Assembly: GCA_964016885.1 (NCBI GenBank)
Contig: OZ024742.1
Location: 179,242,001 to 179,306,000 of the forward strand
Length of the DNA stretch: 64,000 bases
Direction of reading: 5' to 3'
Source: Eledone cirrhosa
Lineage: Eukaryota
Below are positions 54,450-64,000 of the stretch, piece by piece. Every line of letters begins with the position of its first letter. Within the stretch, counting starts at the first letter, position 1. The notes below the pieces were generated by a model. It was not told where the DNA came from, did no database searches, and worked only from the letters and a program-made list of their open reading frames with translations. Position numbers and translations under genes: made by a program.

Positions 54450-56675
54450 GGGAGTATTCCTAGGAGAGACTTAAAGGATCGTTCGGAGTTGACTTGTTTG
54501 GAAGGCAGATTGAAGTTAAATGAAATGAAGACATTAAAATTTCGAACGTGTTGCGACATATCTGGAGAAAAATGTTTGTTATATGCATGTGTGTACGAGA
54601 ATGTAAGTGTGCTTAGTGGGATGTTTGTATGTAAATTTATGTATTGAAAGAGTGTGCGAATAAGTATATAATAAAAGGGATAATATGTGTGTGATATATG
54701 TATGTGTTTGAGTCAAAGAAACAGGCCACTGGGATGTTGGAATACAGGCTTTTATATTAGCCATTATAGTGCACTTCTTTCCATTCGATTATTGATCCTA
54801 GGTTTTAATTCCTTGATTAAGAGGGCTTCCTTAATCACCACCACAATCTTAGCTACCGAACGGAGTATAGGCACGCTGAGAATTAAGGAATCCATCTTAA
54901 GCAATTAAAACCTGTCTCCTTTCTCCTTTAATTGCCAAACTTTTTTTGCCGGGGCTGCACTAGTTCTTATATCAAGATTTCTGAAAGGGTGGAGATGCGA
55001 GCTACATGAATAGGATATCGTGACAGAATTGCTCTTTAATATTTTACTGTTTTGGTGGGAAATGTCTATCTATTACATCTAAAATCCTCTTACCTACATT
55101 AGTCTTTACTTTAAGGGAAAGGTGGCGTGTGAACCAGATGATTCTTCTTTTTCTGTTAGCATTTGTAGTTGTTGGGTTGTGAATGATTGGGAGTGTACTT
55201 AATTTTGTCTTGAAAACCACTATCTAGGAGGGCTTCGTTGTAGTATGGCGCAGCCTTTTCAAAAATGTCCCTGGTTGCTGACAGATTTGAGAACCTACGA
55301 CTAATATTAGAAACTAATTAAAAAAAAACAGCAGTGGGTAGCATGAGGTTTTAATAATATATATAATGTTTTCGTTAGGCTTACGGTATTGTTTGTAAGA
55401 AGCTGTGGTTTACATCAAGGAAATTTATGTTAATAAGATTCCTATCAACCTTAATTTTAAGTCCTAGTGTACGAATAGCGTCAATTAAATTTTTACAGAA
55501 TCTGTCCAGAGTATGCCCGTTATAATCACGAAAAACCATTGTCACAATATAGAAAAAAGGCGTGGTTGGGGAATTTAGACTTTAGCGTATAAAGAATGTA
55601 TAAGCCGATAAGATTTCAAACATCGACGATGGAAACGTCAAAAGAATCATCAGGTTCAGATATTTTTACCCAGGTAGTACCGTTACTAAATAAGAGGATT
55701 CTACAAGCATGGAATTTAAGGTCATATTGCATGTCGCTGATGTATACAAAAGAAAAAACCGAACAAATTCTAATGCGTTATTAAAATGGCACATAGAATT
55801 GGAGGGATAAAAATCTATAGTATCAAATAGTGCGAATTTGCTCCTGGTCTTAAAGGGGTTTTCTGTGAAATATGACAGATGAGAGATTAGTGTTTATAAT
55901 AATACAGGTGTTGATGTTTCTTAATTTTTTTTACTAGCTAGTCCTAACTTCGTCCATGCAAGATTTATCAATCTACAGCAAGGCCTGTTTGTGGACCTTC
56001 AGGGTAGTGAAGGCATCACGTTCCGCTAAGCGTTGCACACTATTGTCTATTTTAAAATTTATGGCAATATATTTCAGCACTCTTCTCAATTGAGCATTCT
56101 TTTCCTTTTTCCTTTTTTCCACCTACGGATATTGCTACACACACACATACACATGTATGTATATATATATATAGATATATATATATATATATACGTTTTG
56201 TGATATTTTTCAATTTTGCAATAATAACACACATACTGAATTCATCCGCCAAAACTAAGGGTTCACCCCCCTTGTCGAGCCCCACGTGGGTTTTGATAAC
56301 GGTCAGTCCTTCGCTTGGCACTTGAACTAAAAGCCTGTTGAGAAAGTGACTTCCTCGTTCGATCATCTTACCAAAATCTTAACATTATTTGTCTAAGCAG
56401 ACAGTACTTGATTTAGGAGTTGCAGAAACCCAAATACTGGATTTTACCAACCTTCCAGGGGTCCGGGTATAATTTTCAATCATAATTTATTTGTTTGACC
56501 CGAATTACTTGGTCGTTTCTATGGCTGTGCGGATAATGGTTTAACCACCGTCTCAGTGTGTTTGGCCTTTTAACTTATGTTGTAGCTCTAGCTCACTAGC
56601 TTCTATGGAGCGCTTGCCACACATCTCGGGAGTTGTTTTTCGCTAATTTCAAATAGCCGAAATACGATTCTCGCT
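54450..56675 (-). mobile_element. Heavily decayed Penelope-like element (third lineage)
   Basis: Minus-strand remnants FDTIDFYPS (about 55800-55840), LIGLYIL, LYCDNG (YRDDG-like), FLDV, YRKPNE, ISRRFSNLS...APYYNEAL. Confidence 0.65.
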
Positions 56676-56693
56676 AATTTATATTTATATATA

Positions 56694-56782
<89 letters not shown>

Positions 56783-56784
<2 letters not shown>

Positions 56785-56971
56785 CGAAGGAAATGTGGTA
56801 AGGAACCAGGTGGACCATAACACACCAAAGTACTCAATACTTAGGGTAGTAGAGTGGGTAATAGGAACGAGTAGGACCCCGACGGCTGAGCTCAAGCCGT
56901 TTCGACGGCTAATTCTGGACTGAATTAGCCGTCGAAACAGCTTGAGCTCAGCCGTCGGGGTCCTACTCGTT

Positions 56972-56975
<4 letters not shown>
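56783..56975 (-). mobile_element. Fold-back mini-element family C
   Basis: Near-identical reverse complement of 41607-41801; flanked by (TA)n. Confidence 0.88.
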
Positions 56976-57030
<55 letters not shown>

Positions 57031-57097
57031 GTGTGTATGTGTATACACACAAACGTATTTGCATATGCATGTACTTATATATAATATATATACATAG

Positions 57098-57187
<90 letters not shown>

Positions 57188-57230
57188 TGATATTAAATAA
57201 ATGGAAACTATATTTATAAAACCATATTTA

Positions 57231-57287
57231 TTCTATTATATATATTTCAAGGGTACCAAAACCTTGGTACGCTTTCATCAGATAAAA
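57231..57287 (-). ncRNA. Type I hammerhead in a mini-element (57185-57348)
   Basis: TTTTAT-CTGATGA-AAGCGTACCAA..TTGGTACCCTT-GAAA-TATATA-TA-ATAGAA. Confidence 0.8.
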
Positions 57288-57345
57288 TACAAAGTTTGAT
57301 TTATAAATTTTGACATAACCAAGAAAAACACCTTAACGGTTCAAG

Positions 57346-57660
<315 letters not shown>

Positions 57661-57784
57661 TACTATATATATATATATATATATATATAAACGAAGGAAG
57701 TGTGATAAGGAACCAGGTGGACCATAACACACCAGAGTATTAGATATTTAGGGTAGTAGAGTGAGTAATAGGAAAAGAGTTAGG

Positions 57785-57880
57785 ACCCCGACGGCTGAGC
57801 TCCGGCCGTTTCGACAGCTAGGTCTGAACTAACGCAGTATTGTTAGGACAGCTGTAGCCAGGCTGAACTTATCAAGGGGT
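57785..57880 (-). ncRNA. Full-length family C hammerhead (long stem II, two core substitutions), in element 57690 to about 58050
   Basis: ACCCC-tTGATaA-...ACAGCTG...TAGCTGT-C-GAAA-CGGC-loop-GCCG-TC-GGGGT. Confidence 0.75.
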
Positions 57881-58119
57881 ACTTCCATATACGGGCATGC
57901 AATGAAAGCGTCACTGTTGTGTCGTGTGAAGCAGTTCTCATCTCAAAGATGTTTTTCATTTCTACCACGGGGAGTGGTCAAAGTATTTGTAAACACAGTT
58001 AAATTCCTTCATAGTGGCGGGTTGGAGTGGGGGTGGCCGAACCTGCCTATAGAATAAGGGGTCGGAGTAAGAGGACAATCTGACCTGTGGATGTAGGCCG
58101 GTCATGCGTTAAGAGGGAA

Positions 58120-59712
58120 TTCTATACAGCTATCTCTAAAGGGGGTTGGGAACCTATGATAAACAAAGAAATCTTCCGGTGAAACTGGGTGTCAGCGTGT
58201 CCGGTGGCTGTGAGGGGGCCGCACATGTAACCAGACAGTTCTTCAACAGCTGCCCACCGGCATTCGCATCCAGGGACTCCAAGCACCTCATTGTCAAGCT
58301 TGACATGAGGAATGCCTTCAACTGCTTACACCGGGCCTAATTGTCGTATGGAGCGCCGAGCATGCCCCTTGTCACTAATATGGTCATATCTTCGGCCACT
58401 GGGGTCCAACAGGGTGACTCTTTGGGACCCCTCCTGTTTGCCCATGGTATAGAACACATCACCCAGAGTATCACGGCCCCTCTCAAAGTTTGGTATCTAG
58501 ATGATGCTACGTTGGGCGGGCTCGTACAGACTGTCTGCCATGATCTACAATCGGTGGTTCCTGCCCTGGCGGGAATCGGCCTCCAGGTTAACACGTCCAA
58601 GTCGGAGATGGTGAATATCAGCCACGATGCTGAGAGGTTTGCAGCCTCCGTCTTGGACGTGCGGTCCATTCTCCACCAGGTACAGGTGACCCCTCATCCT
58701 CGGGTCACCGGCCATCCGCCCCACCATCAGGCCCAGGCTCCAACAACTCTAGACTCTCACGAGCCGACTGGGCTTGATCGAAGGCCACCCAGCTCTCTTT
58801 TTGTTGAGTAACTGCTTCGCCATGCCGAAGCTCCTCTATACCCTTCGCAGTGCTACGTGCTACACCTACGCATCTCTCCTCGATAACCTCGATACTTGTA
58901 TCCGAGCAGCAGCCGAGGAGATATGCAACGTCAAGTTTGACGACATTGGATGGCAACAAGCCACTTTATCTGTCAGGTATGGCGGCCTTGGCCTCCGCTC
59001 CGCGATCCCACTAGCTTTGCCGGCGTTTCTTTCGTTGGTAACCTCATGCCACTTCCTCGTCAGCAGGGTTCTTCAAAACACAATAGAACCCTCTGTGTTC
59101 AGAGAACGTGAGGTCGCATGTGAGACGTAGGACCGGCTGGGACTTAGTCCATTAGACGTCCCTCCTCCTTCTCCCCCTACTGACGTCAAGTCCCCCCAAA
59201 GCACTTGGAATGCCATCCAGTGTAGTCTGGCCTCAGACAGGCTCACGCGCCAGCTCGACCAGCACCGCCTTGCCTGTTTCGTGCGGCATCCAAACACCAC
59301 AGTGGTGCCTGGCTCCATGTCCTACTCACCTCCACTGGCACGCAGTTAGACAACAATAGCCTGCGCATCGGCGTTTCCTTGAGGCTCGGCATTCCGGATA
59401 TGCGAGCCACACCAATGTCGCTGCGGATCCACCGTGGACTCTTTCGGCGTCCACCCGCTTTCCTGTCACCACACTGCCGTCCGCCTTCCACACCATGCTG
59501 CTCTCAACGAGGTCATAAAGGATGGCATAGACGCTGCAGGCTTCCCTTCCCAGCTCGAGCCGGTGGGGCTGGACCGAGAGGACGGCAAAAGGCCAGATGG
59601 TATGTCACTTGCACCGACACTTTAAAGCAGCCTGGTACAGTCTGCGACTAACCCAAGTTCAGCTGCACAGCGGGCTGAGGAGGCCAAGCTCCTCAAATAC
59701 CGGCCACTCTCC
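58120..59712 (+). mobile_element. CRE-clade-like non-LTR retrotransposon remnant (RT plus RLE)
   Basis: LGVSVSGGCE, KLDMRNAFN, GVQQGDSLGPLLF, WYLDD, ATLSVRYGGLG, H.LSC...H..LN and REDGKRPDG motifs; frameshifts and deletions. Confidence 0.82.
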
Positions 59713-59716
59713 TATA

Positions 59717-62700
59717 GGTTTGTGGTGTTGGTGGTAGTGGTTGTAGTGGTTGTAGTGGTTGTAGTGGTTGTAGTGGTTGTGGTGGCTCTGGTGACAATGG
59801 TGTTGGTGGTAGAGGTTGTAGTGGTTGTAGTGGTTGTAGTGGTTGTAGTGGTTGTGGTGGTTGTGGTGGCTCTGGTGACAGTGGTGTTGGTGGTAGTGGT
59901 TGTTGTGGTTGTAATGGTTGTAGTCATTGTAGTAGTTGTAGTGGTTGTAGTGGTTGTAGTGGTTGTGGTAGTTCTGATGACAGTGGTGTTGGTGGTAGTG
60001 GTTGTAGTGGTTGTAGTGGTTCTGGTGGCTCTGGTGACAGTGGTGTTGGTGGTAGTGGTTGTAGTGGTTGTAGTGGTTGTAGTGGTTGTAGTGGTTGTAG
60101 TGGTTGTATTGGTTCTGGTGACAGTGGTGTTGGTGGTAGTGGTTGTAGTGGTTCTAGTGGCTGTAGTGGTTGTAGTGGTTGTATTGGTTCTGGTGACAGT
60201 GGTGTTGGTGGTAGTGGTTGTAGTGGTTGTAGTGGTTGTAGTGATTGTGGTGGCTCTTGTGACAGTGGTGTTGGTGGTAGTGGTTGTAGTGGTTGTAGTG
60301 GTTGTAGTGTTTGTGGTGGCTGTTGTGACATTGGTGTTGGTGCTAGTGGTTGTAGTGGTTGTAGAGGTTGTAGTGGTTGTGGTGGCTCTGGTGACAGTGG
60401 TGTTGGTGGTAGTGGTTGTAGTGGTTGTAGTTGTTGTAGTGGTTGTAGTGTTTGTGGTGGCTCTGGTGACAGCAGTGTTGGTGGTAATGGTTGTAGTGGT
60501 TGTAGTGGTTGTAGTGGATGTGGTGGCTCTGGTGACATTGGTATTGGTGGTACTGGTTGTAGTGGTTGTGGTGGTTGTGGTGGCTCTGGTGACAGTGGTG
60601 TTGGTGGTAGTGGCTGTAGTGGCTGTAGTGGTTGTAGTGGTTGTGGTGGTTGTGGTGGTTGTGGTGGCTCTGGTGACAGTGGTGTTGGTGGTAGTGGTTG
60701 TAGTGGTTGTAGTGGTTGTAGTGGTTGTAGTGGCTCTGCTGACAGTGGTGTTGGTGGTAGTGGTTGTAGTGGTTGTAGTGGTTGTAGTGTTTGTGGTGGC
60801 TCTGGTGACAATGGTGTTGGTGGTAGAGGTTGTAGTGGTTGTAGTGGTTGTAGTGGTTGTGGGGGCTCTGGTGACAATGGTGTTGGTGGTAGAGGTTGTA
60901 GTGGTTGTAGCGGTTGTAGTGGTTGTAGTGGTTGTGGTGGTTGTGGTGGCTCTGGTGACAGTGGTGTTGGTGGTAGTGGTTGTAGTGGTTGTAATGGTTG
61001 TAGTCGTTGTAGTAGTTGTAGTGGTTGTAGTGGTTGTAGTGGTTGTGGTAGTTCTGATGACAGTGGTGTTGGTGGTAGTGGTTGTAGTGGTTGTAGTGGT
61101 TGTGGTGGCTCTGGTGACAGTGGTGTTGGTGGTAGTGGTTGTAGAGGTTGTAGTGGCTGTAGTGGTTGTAGTTGTTGTAGTAGTTGTAGTGATTGTGGTG
61201 GCTCTGGTGACAGTGGTGTTAGTGGTAGTGGTTCTAGTGGTTGTAGTGGTTGTAGTGGTTGTAGTGGTTGTGGTGGCTCTTGTGACAGTGGTGTTGGTGG
61301 TAGTGTTTTGTAGTGGTTGTAGTGGTTGTAGTCGTTGTAGTGTCTGTGGTGGCTCTGGTGGTAGTGGTTGTAGTGGTTGTGGTGGTTGTAGTGGTTGAGG
61401 TGGCTCTGTTGACAGTGGTGTTGGTGGTAGGGGTTGTAGAGGTTGTAGTGGTTGTAGTGATTGTGGTGGCTCTGGTGACAGTGGTGTTGGTGGTAGTGGT
61501 TGTAGTGGTTGTAGTGGTTGTAGTGGTTGTAATGGTTGTAGTGGTTGCGGTGGCTCTGGTGACAGTGGTGTTGGTGGTAGTGTTTGAAGTGGTTGTAGTG
61601 GTTGTAGTGGTTTTAGTGGTTGTAGTTGTTCTGGTGGCTCTGGTGACAGTGGTGTTGGTGGTAGTCGTTGAAGTGGTTGTAGTGGTTGTAGTGGTTCTAG
61701 TGGTTGTAGTGGTTCTGGTGGCTCTGGTGACAGTGGTGTTGGTGGTAGTGGTTGTAGTGGTTGTTGTGGTTGTAGTGGTTGTAGTGGTTGTAGTGGTTCT
61801 GGTGTCTCTGGTGACAGTGGTGTTTGTGGTAGTGGTTGTAGTGGTTGTTGTGGTTGTAGTGGTTGTAGTGGTTGTAGTAGTTGTAGTGGCTGTAGTGGCT
61901 CTGGTGACAACAGTGTTGGTGGTAGTGGTTGTAGTGGTTGTAGTGGTTGTGGTGGCTCTGGTGACAGTGGTGTTTGTGGTAGTGGTTGTAGGGGTTGTAG
62001 TGTTTGTAGTGTTTGTAGTGGTTATAGTAGTTGTGGTGGCTCTGGTGACATTGGTGTTGGTGGTGATGGTGGTAGTGGTTGTAGTGGTTGTAGTGGTTGT
62101 GGTGGATCTGGTGACAGTGGTGTTGGTGGTAGTGGTTGTAGTGCTTGTAATGGTTGTAGTGGTTGTGGTGGCTCTGGTGAAAATGGTGTTGGTGGTAGTG
62201 GTTGTAGTGGTTGTAGTGGTTGTAGTGGTTGTAGTGGTTGTGGTGGTTGTGGTGACTCTGGTGACAGTGGTGTTGGTGGTAGTGGTTGTAGTGGTTGTAG
62301 TGGTTGTAGTGGTTGTAGTGGTTGTAATGGTTGTAGTGTTTGTAGTAGATGTAGTGGTTGTAGTGGTTGTAGTGGTTGTGGTAGTTCTGGTGACAGTGGT
62401 GTTGGTGGTACTGGTTGTAGTGGTTGTAGTGGTTGTAGTGGTTGTAGTGGTTGTGGTGGCTCTGGTGACAGCGGTGTTGGTGGTAGTGGTTGTAGTGGTT
62501 GTAGTGGTTGTAGTGGTTGTGGTGGCTCTGGTGACAGGGGTGTTGGTGGTGATGGTGGTAGTGGTTGTAGTGGTTGTAGTGGTTGTGGTGGCTCTGGTGA
62601 CAGGGTTGTTGGTGGGGATGGTGGTAGTGGTTGTAGTGGTTGTAGTGGTTGTGGTGGCTCTGGTGACAGGGGTGTTGGTGGTGGTAGTGGTTGTAGTGGT

Positions 62701-64000
62701 TGTAGTGGTTTCGGTGGCTCTGGTGACAGGGGTGTTGGTGGTGATGGTGGTAGTGGTTGTAGTGGTTGTAGTGGTTGTGGTGGCTCTGGTGGCAGTGGTG
62801 TTGGTTGTAGTGTTTGTAGTGGTTGTAGTGGTTGTAGTGGTTGTGGTGGATCTGTTGACAGTGGTGTTGGTGGTAGTGGTTGTAGTGGTTGTAGTGGTTG
62901 TAGTGGTTGTAATGGTTGTAGTGGTTGTGGTGGCTCTGGTGACAATGGTGTTGGTGGTAGTAGTTGTAGTGGTTGTAGTGGTTGTAGTGGTTATAGTGGT
63001 TGTGGTGACAGTGGTGTTGGTGCTAGTGGTTGTAGTGGTTGTAGTGGTTGTAGTGGTTGTAGTGGTTGTGGTGGCTCTGGTGACAATAGTGTTGGTGGTA
63101 GTGGTTGTAGTGGTTGTAGTGGTTGTAGTGGTTGTAGTGGTTGTGGTGGTTGTGGGGGCTCTGGTGACAGGGGTGTTGGTGGTAGTGGTTGTAGTGGTTG
63201 TAGTGGTGGTAGTGGTTGTGGTGGCTCTGGTGACAGTGGTGTTGGTGGTAGTGGTTTGTAGTGGTTGTTGTGGTTGTAGTGGTTGTAATGGTTGTAGTGG
63301 CTGTAGTGGCTCTGGTGACAGCAGTGTTGGTGGTAGTGGTTGTAGTGGTTGTAGTGGTTGTGGTTGCTCTGGTGACAGTGGTGTTGGTGGTAGTGGTTTG
63401 TAGTGGTTGTTGTGGTTGTAGTGGTTGTAGTGGTTGTAGTGGTTGTAGTGGCTGTAGTGGCTCTGGTGACAGCAGTGTTGGTGGTAGTGGTTGTAGTGGT
63501 TGTAGTGGTTGTGGTTGCTCTGGTGACAGTGGTGTTGCTGGTAGTGGTTTGTAGTGGTTGTTGTGGTTGTAGTGGTTGTAGTGGTTGTAGTGGCTGTAGT
63601 GGTTCTGGTGACAGCAGTGTTGGTGGTAGTGGTTGTAGTGGTTGTAGTGGTTGTGGTGGCTCTGGTGACAGTGGTGTTGGTGGTAGTGGTTGTAGTGGTT
63701 GTAGTGGTTGTGGTGGCTCTGGTGACAGCAGTGTTGGTGGTAGTGGTTGTAGTGGTTGTAGTGGTTGTAGTGGTTGTAGTGGTTGTGGTGGCTCTGGTGA
63801 CAGGGGTGTTGGTGGTGATGGTGGTAGTGGTTGTAGTGGTTGTAGTGGTTGTAGTGGTTGTGGTGGTTGTGGTGGCTCTGGTGACAGGGGTGTTGGTGGT
63901 GATGGTGGTAGTGGTTGTAGTGGTTGTAGTGGTTGTGGTGGCTCTGGTGACAGGGGTGTTGGTGGTGATGGTGGTAGTGGTTGTAGTGGTTGTAGTGGTT
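59717..64000. repeat. Complex satellite: (GTAGTGGTT)n punctuated by GGTGGCTCTGGTGACAGTGGTGTTGGTG
   Basis: Direct observation; it runs off the window end. Confidence 0.95.

Overview
Eukaryotic, repeat-saturated non-coding DNA, most likely an octopus/cephalopod genome (inferred from the SINE types and the very high (TA)n/(TG)n/(TAC)n/(TACA)n density). No host gene is recognisable, and most short ORFs in the track are microsatellite artefacts. The window holds three Tx1/L1-clade LINE copies plus a 3'-UTR fragment, three degenerate Penelope-like elements (RT + GIY-YIG), and R4/Dong-like, CRE-like and RTE-like LINE remnants. It also holds about 20 tRNA-derived SINE copies, several MITEs, a 24-bp minisatellite and a terminal 4.3-kb 9-bp-based satellite. 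The most striking pattern is a population of short (about 150-400 bp) non-coding elements from at least five families, almost all abutting (TA)n tracts. They carry type I hammerhead ribozyme motifs (CUGAnGA...GAAA...UH) and a fold-back (inverted) copy whose junction usually lies in or next to the ribozyme. Other notable points are a 3' tail shared by the main SINE and the Tx1 LINEs, a fold-back element with two convergent tRNA-like heads, and a LINE segment copied into a SINE 9.5 kb away. All alignments and folds were done by eye, so boundaries are approximate.
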